Of a stretch of DNA of 64,000 nucleotides, positions 26,840 to 40,294 are shown piece after piece. The notes beneath the pieces are model-generated. The model did not search any database and was not told the origin of the DNA. It saw nothing but the letters and a program-made list of their open reading frames with translations. The DNA lies in contig OZ024742.1 in the NCBI GenBank assembly GCA_964016885.1, forward strand, positions 233,120,001-233,184,000. Reading direction: 5' to 3'. A program made the position numbers and the translations under genes. The stretch is from Eledone cirrhosa (taxonomy: Eukaryota). Every line of letters begins with the position of its first letter. Within the stretch, counting starts at the first letter, position 1.

Positions 26840-27310
26840 CTGTTCCCATGTCTCTGAAATCTATCGCTATTCCGGATAAAAGGACATACCTGAAACAACT
26901 GATCCACGGTACTAATTCTTTCATAAGAAGAGCAAGATGGAAAGCCTATTATTTTGATAGGGTGAACTACCACGCATAATAACTTTAAAAGATACTCTAA
27001 ACATGCTTATTAACCCTCCTAATACAACTAGTACTCCGCGCCGAAATAGATCTCGTAATCTGTCCTGTTTCAATCCTCCATTCTCCTATAATATAGCGCC
27101 TAACCTCCCCAACATGTTCTTCTCTATCTTACGTAAAAGTTTCCCTCCTAACCATAAATACTATAAATTATTTAACAAAAAATAACGTTATGATTTCTTT
27201 CTCTACTACCCCTAACTTGGCCGAATATATTGCTTTTAGTAACCATAAGAAACTAAAAAAACATAGTGCCTCCCTTTCTGTTAATTTGCCTCTACCCTTC
27301 ATACACGAAT
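26840..27310 (+). mobile_element. Internally deleted, inverted copy of the same Penelope-like family
   Basis: N-terminus MSLKSIAIPDKRTYLKQLIHGTNSFIRRARWKAYYF joins directly to the RNRSRNLSCFNPPFS segment, which is the reverse complement of ~25440-25690. Confidence 0.7.
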
Positions 27311-27687
27311 AAGGCCCTTCGAAATTGTGGATTTAAAGAACAGATCAAATACATTCCTAATAGTCATCCACCTAGAAATAACAATAGAAAAATAAAAATA
27401 ATCTGTTTGCTTGGAACGTCATGATACCTAAGACCAGTGGATATGGTTCGCTATCTTGAGTAAAGGAGGAATTAAGATCAATCCCGATGGAAGACACGAT
27501 AACAACAAAAATAATAATAATATCATGATGCAGTGCAGCACTCGGCAGCAAACCTATCCAGTGCATGTCGGAGATCACCTTCCGACTAGTTAAATAGTAC
27601 CATGTCGTCTGCAAATTTCAGCTGACTGGAACTAACTGTTGAAACGGCAAGAGTTCAGCCGTTGGAGTCTCGACTCTTTATAATATA

Positions 27688-28529
27688 CTAGCAGAATGGC
27701 CCGGCGTTGTTCGGGATTCTAAACATAGATTGGCATGTTTATCCCTCCTTTCTGAAACAGCTTCGTCGTATGTTCACCAATTGATGCAGAAGTCCTATTA
27801 AAAAGTGAAGTCGCCTTGGGTGAATAGGCAAATAATTTTCCATTAAGATTTTTCAAAAGCATGTAATTGCGATCCCTCTCTTTTTTGTTGTTGTTTTTGC
27901 TGCTGTTGGTGTGATAGCAGCCATTAGTCGTACTACTAACACAGTCTCGTCCTTCTTCAGCCAATTGTGTATATTCCCTTCTGCCTCGTCAGCAATGAGA
28001 ACAATATTTGCTCTAGGATTCTTATATATTTGATATATATATCTTATCGAGCCTCATGAAATATTTTAAATTTTGTTATTGTGTAGGCAAAAATATCTGT
28101 ACACGAATATATAATTATATATCTGTTATTTTAATATATATTAAAATAACAGATTAAAGTTTAAGCGAAGAATCGCTGCTTTCACCCTTAACGGGATCTT
28201 CTGAAACTAAAAAAAATCAATCTGTGAACGCAGAAGTAAATATTTTGAAAAACGTTGCACACTATATATATACACACACTATATATACATATATACACAC
28301 ACAGACAGATAGTGTCATAATGTCGTAATGCAGTCAGCCAGACATACAGACAGATATTATAAGGGCGCGACGTTATAGCTATCTAATGCGGTCCCTAGGG
28401 AATTGAAAATTTGAAATTTATTTTCTCAAAACACTCATACGACCATAAGTATTACATGTGTAAAGTCTGAAAAAAATCGGAGTTTTAGGGAGTCAGACAG
28501 ACAGACATTCTCTGTTTTAGATATATAGA
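27688..28529 (-). mobile_element. Non-autonomous Helitron-like element
   Basis: Minus-strand 3' hairpin CCCGAACAACGCCGGG followed by CTAG; 5' end TCTATAT..GAATGTCTGTCTGTCTG. A second 5'-end copy lies at ~29025-29150. Confidence 0.65.
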
Positions 28530-28697
28530 TATATATGAATATGTTGTATATGTATACATATGTATGTATATATGCATACATATGTATGTACATGCATACA
28601 TGTGTGTGTGTATATATATATATATATATAAGGGAAAAAGATGAAATCGAAAATGCAACTGGAGTCTTTTTAAATATATATATTATATATATATAAA

Positions 28698-28883
28698 TAA
28701 TTGTTTTTACTTTTGGCACAAGGCCAGCAATCACCCAATGTATTACTGGTACTTTATTTTATCGACCCCGTAAGGATGAAAGGCAAAGTTAACCTCAGCG
28801 GGATTTGAACTCAGATCATAAAGGGATGTAACTCTATGCTTCAAAGCATGGTGTCCGACTCTCTACCGATACTGCCAATCCAC
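28698..28883 (-). mobile_element. SINE family A
   Basis: Near-consensus reverse copy. Confidence 0.9.
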
Positions 28884-29015
28884 AACGAAGGAAGTGTGGT
28901 AAGGAACCAGGTGGACCATAACGCACCAGAGTACTCGATACTTTGGCTAGTAGAGTGGGTAATAGGAAAAGGTTCAGGACCACGACGGCAGAGCTTAAGC
29001 CGTTTCGACGGCTTG
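28883..29015 (-). mobile_element. pLTR/hammerhead-half fragment (same family as 4193-4345)
   Basis: AACGAAGGAAGTGTGGTAAGGAACCAGGTGGACC..GCCGTTTCGACGGCT. Confidence 0.7.
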
Positions 29016-29135
29016 AGCCTCCTCAAAATATTACATGTGTAAAGTTTGAAAAAAATCGTATTACATGTATAAAGTTTGAAAAAAATCGGTTGAGTGGTTC
29101 TCGAGTTTTAGGGAGACAGACAGACAGACATTCTC

Positions 29136-29209
<74 letters not shown>

Positions 29210-30119
29210 GTTTGTGTGTGTGTGTTTATAAATATTGTGATATAAGCTTTAAACATGCTAAGCTGAAGATCTGGTTTGGTTTTTAGTTAAAATCTATTTC
29301 ACTTCCTATCACCAGTTACTACGTTGAGAATGTTATCAAAGTTACAAAATTCAGTTTTATTCTGTTATCTGAATATGTCTAATTGAAAAAAGTAAAAATT
29401 GATATTTTCAAGGAGTATTGATTAGATAAGGCATTACATGTATATAATGAGGGACGCGCTATAATTCAATTTAATAGTGCAATTCAACCTAATGGTGCCC
29501 ACTCATTTCGAACTACAAAAGATGTTAAACACTGCAACCCCATGAAACACTCATCCATCTTACAATACCTCAGTTGTTAACAGGGATAAAATATATTGTT
29601 TTAATTTCGACTTTTAAAAATCTGCTTTAGTTTTAAGGTTACTAGCAGAAAAACCACCCCACGGGTGGTTTTCTGCTAGCATGTGTAGTGTGTATATTGA
29701 TATTATACACAAATATATATGCATGTAGATATGATACATCAAATAAAATCGTAATTGACAATATACACAGAAATTGAACGAAGTCTATGTTACACTGTCT
29801 TCTGTAATCAGTAACGTAATCCATGATACATTAAAAAAAGACGATATCTAATATATATTTGTGAAATGGGTGGTGGTTGAAATTCAGATGTGCACGGTTA
29901 AATGGTCGTAGACGTGGTCGGACGGACATGAAAATTTACACACCTATGTAAAAAACGCCAAGGAAGCAAAGAGACGAGGTTTCAAATCTCTAACTTGAAA
30001 AATAGAAATATGCACTTGGGGCTGGACGGCGTACAATGAGAAGTGGAGCGACGTGAAAAGCGTTGTTTATTAACAGCGAAATAGCAATGTCGATGATATG
30101 CAAGTTTGAAAATGCAGAT

Positions 30120-31060
30120 TAATAAACTGTTGCCTTCTACAGTACGTTTCATTTTCATTTTTCAATTATAGTTGCTGTTAATTAAATTTAAATACTTCTA
30201 TAACGATCATACAGTACCGTAAATAAAACCCTTACATTGCGAACCCCCTGTTCTAATACCGGGGTTAGTTATTTCCCCCTCGTCTAATAAACGTCTAATT
30301 GAGTTATTTCCCCCCTGTTCTACTACTTTCAATATTCATTGTCTTAATTACAATTTCATACAAATTTTTAAACTCATCAATTTCTTTCGCTGCGTTCTTT
30401 CGCAGCGTTCTTTCGATGTTAACATACAGTACCATTTTACGAAATGCCAAACCGAAAACGGTCACTGTTTTCCATCAAAAGATACAAAACTCTTAAATTG
30501 CGAAGAAGGGAGTCATGTTCTCAAGTACGTTTTTTCAGATATCATTTTCATTTTAATTCTAATACATGTTAACCACCACTAACAGTAAGTAATATTTTTT
30601 AATTCATTGTCTTATTTAAAATAACATATCAAAGACAACGTTATTTCGCTGTTAATAAACTGTTGGCTTCTACAGTACGTTTCATTTTCATTTTTAAATT
30701 ACAATTGCTCTATATTAAATTTAAATAATTCTATAACAACCATACAGTACTGTTTTATGAAATCGATTCTGCAGTAGAATTTTACGAAATGCCAAACCGA
30801 AAAAAGTAAGTGTTTTCTAACAAAAGAAATAAAACCCTTACATTGCGAACCCCCTGTTCTAATACTGGGGTTAGTTATTTCCCCTTCTTCTAATAAACAT
30901 CTAATATATAGAGACCCCTCTTGCTGACCAGGGCAATCAAAGTGTAAACTATCATACAGTACCGTTTTACGAAATCAATTCTGCAGTACCATTTTACGAA
31001 ATGCCAGACCGAAAACGGTCACTGTTTTCCATCAAAAGAAATAAAACCCCTAAATTGCGA
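30120..31060. repeat. Imperfect ~530-600 bp tandem duplication
   Basis: TAATAAACTGTTG.CTTCTACAGTACGTTTC, AACCCTTACATTGCGAACCCCCTG and CCATTTTACGAAATGCCA blocks each recur at about 30120/30652, 30227/30833 and 30432/30989. Confidence 0.8.
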
Positions 31061-31220
31061 AGAAAACAGGAAGACGATATTTTGGTCCGTGAAGACGTTC
31101 CCTGGCAATGAAGGGGAAAAAAGCGAGGATAATACATCGTTATGTGGAGCGTGAAGAACAATTTCATGCAAAGACAAGACCAAGTTTATGGTATAAATGG
31201 AGTCGTTAGACTAATATTCT

Positions 31221-32150
<930 letters not shown>

Positions 32151-32229
32151 ATTATGCATTTCTACAGTATTTTCACCAAAATTAAGACATAGGTTACTTA
32201 TGTACTCCGGATGGTCATGGGCACTTTCA

Positions 32230-32575
32230 TTTTTACAGATATTGATTATAGGGCCTCCGGCAGATAACCCCTTTAACCACTTCCTTGGAGTCGACTGAAG
32301 CACTGCAGTGCAATGCAACAAAACGTCATAACTTCTGGAGTTCGCAACCGATTTTCACAAAACTTGACACATGGGCCACGTTTGTCCTACAGATGAATGT
32401 GAACTCTCAGAATTGGCACATATTGGGTAGGGGACCCCTGGGGACAGGGACCCCCTTTTGGAAAAAGCGGATGATTTTGTAAAAGTATAGTTTTCGAAGC
32501 AGCACTGAAGTATTGACATAAATGGTATACACAACTGCTATTTAATATCCGAGCAACGCCGGGTACTTCTGCTAG
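32230..32575 (+). mobile_element. Helitron-like 3' part
   Basis: CCGAGCAACGCCGGG hairpin followed by TACTTCTGCTAG|T. Confidence 0.6.
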
Positions 32576-33779
32576 TTATATATAAACTGCATTAGAAAAT
32601 TAGCGACGGAAATATATGCGATATTTTTATAAGTGTTATAATATAACGGCCGCTAACCGGAAGTGTTGACATTTGAAAATTTTAAAGAAGTGAATTTTAA
32701 AGGTCTTTAAATAAGCTATAAAATATGTTTAATCAACAGCCACGAAATTTAGCACATAAATTATGTAATATTCATTCATTATTTATTCAAAGTAATCCAA
32801 CTTATTTTACAAACGGGGTAAAAAAATATATTCTGGACGCACTCCCGCATTCCTTTCTTTATTGTAGTTAAGATTGTAAATCCCACTGCAGTTTAGTGGT
32901 TGGTAATTGGATTGTAATTCACTACAATTGACTTGGTTATTCCAAACTCTTTTCAACACGTTAATAGTGAATATGCAATACGAAGGAACTACGCTGGAAG
33001 AGTTTTGCATTAAATATACAGTAAAGAAATGTGTATATTAGCTACCATCATATTTGATGTATTATTTCTCAACCCCACTTTGCTGCAGTGTCTGCAGTAT
33101 GACATCTGGCAGATATATGGCCGGGTATGTTCAGAAAATGATACTAAATTTACAGGACTTGGATTATAGTTTGTCAGTCATTTCTTTATTGCTAAAATAT
33201 TTGATACAAGAACAATTATGTTAAAAACTTATTTTCTGTCAAGAAGAAATGGCCTTTTACAATATTTATTTTTATTATACAATTTTCTCGGTAGCAAGGG
33301 AAACAAATAAAATGCCGATAATTGTCATTACAAGTTTCTCGATAAGTATGATTTTTGTATGAGAGAGAAGGCTATTTGGATGTGTGGAACTTATGTAAGA
33401 AACAAAATGTGTATATGATTTAAATCAATGCCCGTGTGAACTGGCGTAGCTCATCTAATTACATGTAAAAACGGTGGCTTAATGTCTTCCATTTTAATTG
33501 TCTGTAGTCATCTTTGATAATTGCGTGGACTGGATCTCTAACACTCAACTTCTGATATTGACAGGAATAATTAATTGTTCACAGTTTGTCTAAAAGAGCC
33601 GTGAAAAATCCTCCTTTTCCTCCTCATATTCATAAAACTGTATTTCTGGTGGGAAACGTTTACAGATACTTTGGCATTGAGGTATATGGACGCGAATATG
33701 TGGTGGTTAGTTATTTTGACAATATAGTAGTTACAATAGAAGTCAAATAAAAGTATAAGTATAAGTTCATTAATGAATC

Positions 33780-33944
33780 CAGATCTGCCAACCTCTAAAA
33801 CCTAAACGGGAAGTACCATGAAAAAAAGTGCCCCAAAACGGAGAGAAATGAGGCAAAAATGGGGTGATTTTACATAATGAAAGCTATACCCATTTTCACA
33901 ATAAGTGGGTGGGAGATCTCCTCGTCGGACGGGGAGCTGGTCTG
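33780..33944. mobile_element. MITE (21472 family, opposite orientation)
   Basis: Homologous to 21472-21664; 6-bp flanking repeat TGAATC. Confidence 0.8.
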
Positions 33945-34159
33945 TGAATCTGTTATAATATGTTTTATGATTGAATGAATTCTATCGCGTAAACTAGTAT
34001 TCCTAGAAGATATTAGATGTGTGAATAGTTTTCAATTTCAGTTATAGAATACATTGATTACTCATTTATTAAAATTTCGAGAATTTTTCATAAAACAAAT
34101 AAAAGCAAAAGTTGCTAATAGTTGACTATGGAATCTTGAGATCAGTACATTTCCCACAC

Positions 34160-34353
34160 CAGACCTGTCAACTCTCCCCGTGGGACGGGGAGATCTCCAA
34201 CACACATTGGGATGGGTGAGAGATGTCTTCTCTTGTGAAAATCGGTATAATTTTCATTATGTAAAATCTCCACATTTTGCCTCATTTCTTCCCGTGTTGG
34301 GACCATATTTTTCATGGTACTCCCCGTTTGGGTTTTTAGACGTTGGCAGTCTG
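34160..34353. mobile_element. MITE (21472 family)
   Basis: Homologous to 21472-21664; 7-bp flanking repeat CCCACAC. Confidence 0.8.
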
Positions 34354-34421
34354 CCCACACAAATTCTTGATTTATAATAAATTAAACATTTAACTTTGGC
34401 TCTTGGAATGTATTATTTTTA

Positions 34422-34575
34422 TGGCGGTGGATTGGCAGTATCGGTAGAGAGTCGGACACCATGCTTTGCAGCATAGAGTTACGGCCCTTTATGATCTGAG
34501 TTCAAATCCCACCGAGGTTAACTTTGCCTTTCATCTTTACGGGGTCGATAAAATAAAGTACCAGTAATGCACTGG
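34422..34575 (+). mobile_element. SINE family A
   Basis: Near-consensus head and body. Confidence 0.9.
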
Positions 34576-34616
34576 TAGAAAGAGTACATAGGTATATCTA
34601 TAATGGTATTAAAGTG

Positions 34617-34950
34617 AAGGCACATTGCTTAGTGGTTAGAGCAATGGGCTTGCAATTAAGAGGTTGTGAGTTCGATTCTCGGACCGGGTGATGTGTTGTG
34701 TCCTTGAGCAAGACATTTTATTTCACGTTGCTCCAGTTTACTCAGCTGCAGAAATGAGTTGTAACGTTACTGGTACCAAGCTGTATCGGTCATTGCCTTT
34801 CTCTTGGACATCATCGGTGGCGTGGAGAGAGGAGGCTGGTATGCATGGGCGACTGCTGGTCTTCCACAAAACAAGCCTTTCTCAGGCTTATGCCTCGGAG
34901 GGAAACTTTCTAAGTGCAAAACCATGGTCATTCGTGACCGAGAGGGGCCT
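34617..34950 (+). mobile_element. tRNA-derived SINE, family B
   Basis: A box TTGCTTAGTGG, B box GAGTTCGATTC and core TGTGTCCTTGAGCAAGACA; a reverse partial copy lies at ~61670-61800. Confidence 0.75.
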
Positions 34951-35544
34951 TAATAAACTTTAATAATTATTTCTACTTTTGGCACAAGGCCAGCAAATTA
35001 CCCAGTACATTACTAGTACTTTATTTTATCGACCCCTTAAGGATGAAAGGCTAAATTAACCTCGACGGAATTTGAATGATAATATTAAATTTAAATTATA
35101 TTTATTTCGTTGTACATGGTATTTTGTTTGCATTAGTCTTTGTATCAATTATCAATAAATGTTTTGTACGATTAACTAATAAGCTACTCTAATTTAGAAG
35201 TAATACCCCATTATGGAGAAACACTGAAGACGTCTCTAAATATTGACTGTGATACACACTGGAGTTGTCTTATTGAAGCACTGAATATTTATGAATTTTT
35301 TTTAATGTAGGCACAAGGCCAGCAATTTGAAGGGGCTGGAAAAGTCGATTAAAACGATCCCAGTACTCACTGGTGCTTTATTTTATCGACCTCGTAAGTA
35401 TGAAAGGCAAAGCTAACCTCGGTTAGCAAATTGCTAACAGTTATGAACTGTGTAACCCCTTGGTACATATTTCACCTGTATTAAGTTTCTCATTGAAATA
35501 CAAGTATCTCTGTCAGCCATACTCTGTGCTACAGTGACGACATT

Positions 35545-35965
35545 ATTGGCAGTATCGGTAGAGGTTCTGACGTCATGCTTTGCAGCAAAGAGTTACGGCC
35601 CTTTACGGTCTGAGTTCAAATCCGGCCGAGGTTAACTTTGCCTTTCATCCTTACGGGGTCGATAAAATAAAGTACCAGTAATGCACTGGGATAATTGCTG
35701 GCCTGGTGCCAAAAGTAGAAACAATTATTAACTATATCCTAAAACACGTGGATAGGCAGTATCGGTAGAGTTTTGGATAAAATGCTTTGCGATATTTAGT
35801 TACGACTTTCTATGTTCTGAGTTCAAATCCAATTGAGGTCAGCTTTGCCTTTCATCCTTCAGGGATCGATAAAATAAAGTACCAATAATGCACTGGGGTA
35901 GATTTAATCGATTTCCATTTCCCTTAAGTTACTGGCCTTGTGCCAATGTTAGAAAGAATTATTAA
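35545..35965 (+). mobile_element. Two tandem SINE family A copies (35545-35730, 35748-35965)
   Basis: Consensus heads and tails; minus-strand partial copies at 34963-35077 and 35305-35425. Confidence 0.85.
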
Positions 35966-36125
35966 CCATATCTGTTCAGTTGGTCTGTGTGTGTGTGTGT
36001 GTGGTGGTGAGTCTCATCTTTTATACATGCTTAGCTTATTATTTTGGCAGGATGGTTTTTATCTAATATGAAAAGTTAATCGTATGTTTTTTATCGATTC
36101 TGAAATTATATATATTTAAAACTGA

Positions 36126-36640
36126 AAGGGTTGGGTAGAGAGAAAACTGCTTATTGAAAATTACTTATAACTTTTGACTTACTTTGACCACTTGAGACAA
36201 CAACAATGATTTCATATTCATGCAAGATGGGGCCTCTCCTCATTTTGCACACACTGTCCGCGAGTGGCTTGAGGTCCAATTTCCAGGACGTTGGTTAGGT
36301 CATCGAGGTCCACATAAATGACCAGTAAGAAACCCTGACTTAACGCCATGCAATTTTTTCCTGTACGGGTGGGCGAAGGGAGAAACTCCAAAATATCTGA
36401 CTGAATTGGAGGAAGGCATTTGTCATGTACTGACCAACATACCGTCGTGTTCCTGATGAAGTCAGTCGAGGATATACCCAGACGATTACAAACACGGGTA
36501 GATTACGCTAGTGCCTATGTAAAATTTTAACATTGTACTGTACGTTTTCTATTATATTGTTTAAAATAAAATGTTTCATGAAAATCGATCAATAATTAAG
36601 TTATTAATTTTAAATGGGCAGTTTCTTTCAACCCACCCTA
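36126..36640 (+). mobile_element. Internally deleted Tc1/mariner element with a transposase C-terminal relic
   Basis: FMQDGASPHFAHTVREWLEVQFPGRWLGHRGPHK*PVRNPDLTPCNFFLYGWAK; imperfect TIRs at ~36126-36160 and 36606-36640. Confidence 0.8.
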
Positions 36641-37107
36641 TAGATGATACATATTTAAAATATATCCATCTTAAAATTTGAGATAGAAAGCCTTCATGTG
36701 GTCATTCAAATTGTTAGAAATAACAGTCAAATGTCTCTTGTATTAAACTTAGAAAGGGTCACATTTGATAGTGTTGTCCAAGCTACATTATGCATGGAAA
36801 AGAATTGGGATGGCCATAGCTGGAATGCTTTTGATCATAGTTTTGGTAAACATCAACATCATTATCATCATCATCAATAACAATAGCAATAACAATGGCA
36901 CATTTTTATGCAAATTTGGGTTTAAAAATACATTTAAAAAAATTCAATTACCTTCCACGTTTTACAACTTATCACATATTTAAACTCTGCTGTTAAATAC
37001 TAAAGTTTATTATGATTTCAACATGATTTTCTTCAAATGTATTTAGATTAAATTTTATTTCTATTTACTTTTAGATATTTGTGTGACTGCTGAAAGCTTT
37101 CTTAGAG

Positions 37108-37161
37108 ATGACATCGAAACAAGACGAGAAAACACCTTTGAGTTATTCAGAATATTTAAAG
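37108..37161 (+). CDS. TDO2: Tryptophan 2,3-dioxygenase, first recognisable coding exon (MTSKQDEKTPLSYSEYLK)
   Basis: YxxYL motif that precedes LxKLL in TDO; phase-0 donor GTAATT at 37162; acceptor TTTTAG ending at 37074. An in-frame TGA lies upstream of the ATG, and the true start is uncertain. Confidence 0.85.
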
Positions 37162-37551
37162 GTAATTTTGACTTTTTTTTTGTTTTTAAATATACAAAGT
37201 ATTTCAATTCCTACAAAGAGCTTTTTTATTATATACTAGCAGAATGGTCCGGTGTAATTTCAATCGATAAATCATTCAACAATAACAATTGATTGATTTC
37301 TGCCGTGGTTTAGCTTCCCAGAAGTTATAGTGTCCTGAAGTTAATTTCTGAGATTTTTTCAATCCAATTTCCTTACTTAGGGACTATATTTGGGCTACAA
37401 GCCTTTTGAGATCAATCTAAGTTATAATTAATGCAGAAAACATTTTAACAATTTATTAAACAGATATAAACAGGACTTGAGCCATGAAAATCAGTTGATG
37501 ACTTAAATTTTTGTCTATTATTACGATGCCATAAAATCAAGTCCCTATTTG

Positions 37552-37762
37552 TCGGTGGATTGGCAGTATCGGTAGAGCGTCATACACCATGCTTTGTAGC
37601 ATAGAGTTGTGGCCCTTTACGTTTTTAGTTCAAAGGTTAGTTTTGCCTTTCGTCCTTACAGGGTCGATAAAATAAAATACTAATAACGCAATGGGGTCGA
37701 TTTGATCGGCTTTCATCTCCCCCAGATTGCTAGCCTTGTGCCTATAGTAGAAATCATTATTT
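37552..37762 (+). mobile_element. SINE family A
   Basis: Full copy in TDO intron 1. Confidence 0.85.
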
Positions 37763-38234
37763 GTCTGTAAGGTGTATGTGATGTCAAGTAGAGGAATTCT
37801 TGGCGACAACTGGGAATATTTTAAAAATCTGATCACTGACAAATTTATTGAGTGTGCTTGAATACATTATTTGAAAAGTTCTGGGTGTTTTTCATAAAAT
37901 TTATAAGAAAAGCAAGTCATTCATTAATTTTTAGATGGATAAAATGATTATTTTTGGGGATTCAGCTTAAATTCATATGCACTATTTAAAAAGTAATTTG
38001 ACTATTTCATTGGGGTTTCCGTTACCTATGCTTAACATGCAATTCTCTAGCGAATACTACGCCGATCTTACACATTATAGCGCTGTGTTTGTCTTGAAAG
38101 TCATCTTAGGTTAAACAGCAATGTTGATGACAGAAATAAACATAATTCCCTATAGATTAAGACTTTTTTTGGTTATATCCCTACAAGTGATAAAATATTA
38201 GCGTGATAAATAGGAATTGATTATAATTTTGATG

Positions 38235-38460
38235 AACGCACCGGTCGCCGTCGAGACTTCAGGCATACTTGGACCCCGTACAGTCGAGCTCCTCCGCAAG
38301 ATCGGAACGTCGGCGGCCCGTCTGAGGAAGGAGCCCCGCGAGGTGGGGTGGCTGTTGCAGCGGGTCTCGCTGGCTATTGTCCGTGGGAATGCTTTTGCGT
38401 TCTTATTCGCAGGGCGCAAACCCTTTACCGCCGCGCCCAAGGACCAGAGCCCAATCATCC
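38235..38460 (+). mobile_element. CRE-like non-LTR retrotransposon 3' fragment (RLE C-terminus)
   Basis: APVAVETSGILGPRTVELLRKIG..WLLQRVSLAIVRGNAF; GC-rich island homologous to 62035-62310. Confidence 0.75.
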
Positions 38461-39046
38461 ACTTGAAAAAATATGTCCACGGAAAAATTATTTTACTTAT
38501 GTACGGTTCGTTTAAAGTTGGTTCCTTTAATATGGATATTGAAAAATGACCAGATGTTTTGAAGAAATAAAAAGGATCTAATTTTGAGATTAAGGTGGTA
38601 TATAGAATAAAGAACAAATTCCCAATGTTGGTAAAAAGTAAAGAATGGGTACAATAGATTAATTTTGGTTGGAGTTAAATATATATATATTGTAAACAGG
38701 GTCTCGTTTGCCTTAAAAATGTGAGGGGGACAAACCAGCATTTGTTGTTTCTTAAAGGAGCATATTGGTATTGCTTATGGTGCCTTACCCGGACCCTATC
38801 ACATAAGTAACATTTTACGCTAATTGAAATTTATATATTCAAATGAAGTTCAGATATAAAAAAATAAGCTTAAAAAGAATTTATTATATCAAATAAACAA
38901 AAAATAAAACATAGACGTTTGAAAAAGTGGATGGTGGTGGTGGGGGAGGGGGAGGGGGGGGGGGGGAACTTGTACCCTGGTACACCCCTGAAACAAGGCC
39001 CTTGATTGTAAACGTCATCTTTCTAATCGTTATTCGTCTTTTGTAG

Positions 39047-39137
39047 CTTAACAAACTCCTGAAATGTCAGTCTCCAGTCAGTGTTGAGGCGGGTGAGCCG
39101 GTTCACGATGAACACTTATTTATCATTACTCATCAAG
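39047..39137 (+). CDS. TDO2: TDO exon (LNKLLKCQSPVSVEAGEPVHDEHLFIITHQ)
   Basis: TTTTGTAG acceptor and GTAAGT donor; 91 nt, phase 0 to 1; contains the TDO signature HDEHLFIITHQ. Confidence 0.97.
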
Positions 39138-39169
39138 GTAAGTTGTTGTCGCTGTTATTGTTCAGCTCC

Positions 39170-39751
39170 AACTTTGCTATTTATCCTCTACAAGTCGATA
39201 AAATAAAGTACCAGTATTGTACTAGGATCAATATAATTGTTTTTCCCCTCACCCCAAATTGCAGGCCTTGTGCCTAAATTAGAGACCATTGTTATATTGG
39301 ATTGGCAGTATCGGTAGAGAGTCGGACGCTATGCTATGCGGTATAGAATTACGGTCCTTTTCGGTTTGAGTTCAAATCCCGTGGAGGATAACTTTGCCTT
39401 TCATCCTTACGGAGTCGATAAAATAAAGTACCAGTAATGCACTGAGATAATTGCTGACCTTGTGCCAAAAGTAGAAACAATTATTATATCATAATGAACA
39501 ATTATATCAATGTTCCTCCAATAATATTTAATACTATCATAATCACCATTATAACAGGAAATAATTATTTCTACGTTAGGCACAAGGCCAGCAATTACCC
39601 AGTGCATTACTGGTACTTTATTTTATCGACCCCGTAAGGATGAAAGGCAAAGTCAATCTCGGCGGGATTTGAACTCAGATCGTAAAGGGACGTAACTATG
39701 CTGCAAAGCATGGCGTCCGACCCTCCACCGAGACTGCCAATCCACCGCCCT
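39170..39751. mobile_element. Three SINE family A copies filling TDO intron 2 (39170-39292 +, 39298-39485 +, 39562-39751 -)
   Basis: Consensus matches; the last two form an inverted pair. Confidence 0.85.
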
Positions 39752-39788
39752 TATAACAGGATCTAATATGCATTTAATTTCATTTCAG

Positions 39789-39856
39789 CTTATGAATTAT
39801 GGTTCAAGCAAATTTTATATGAAATCGATTCAGTAAGGGGGCTTTTTTCACATTCT
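39789..39856 (+). CDS. TDO2: TDO exon ((A)YELWFKQILYEIDSVRGLFSHS)
   Basis: TTTCAG acceptor and GTAAGT donor; 68 nt, phase 1 to 0; contains the signature AYELWFKQI. Confidence 0.97.
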
Positions 39857-40294
39857 GTAAGTATACAGTATAAACTTATAATTAAAACACTCTCTCTCTC
39901 TCTCTCTCTCTCTCACACATACACCACATTCGCACACATGCACGCACCACACATTTACATCCGCACACACACAAACACAACAAACCATTTTTCACAATAT
40001 TCATTAATCTAATGGGAAATTGTATAAAGTTGTTCGGTTGGAGAGGTCACCATATTTCGGTTACAAATCGCCACACAAGTTACGATGCATACTGTGGTCA
40101 AGTCTTCATTAAATACCGCTAGCAATAGAAATTAGAGATCAAAATCAATTGGTACTATAAAGATAAATAAATGATAAAGTTCAAGTATGAAGTAATTTAA
40201 GTATATGAGAGAAATAACAGTATATCTTTGTCGTGAGTGATGTCGAGATTGGGTCAATGTCTTTGGATATTTGTATATGGAAGGGGGAATAGTG

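Noticed and set aside
34422-34520. tRNA genes at SINE heads (A/B boxes)
   Set aside because: No complete cloverleaf, and each head continues into a SINE body repeated >30 times.
37075-37161. Alternative phase-1 reading ICVTAESFLRDDIETRRENTFELFRIFK
   Set aside because: Its phase is incompatible with the next TDO exon; the SYSEYLK frame fits TDO.
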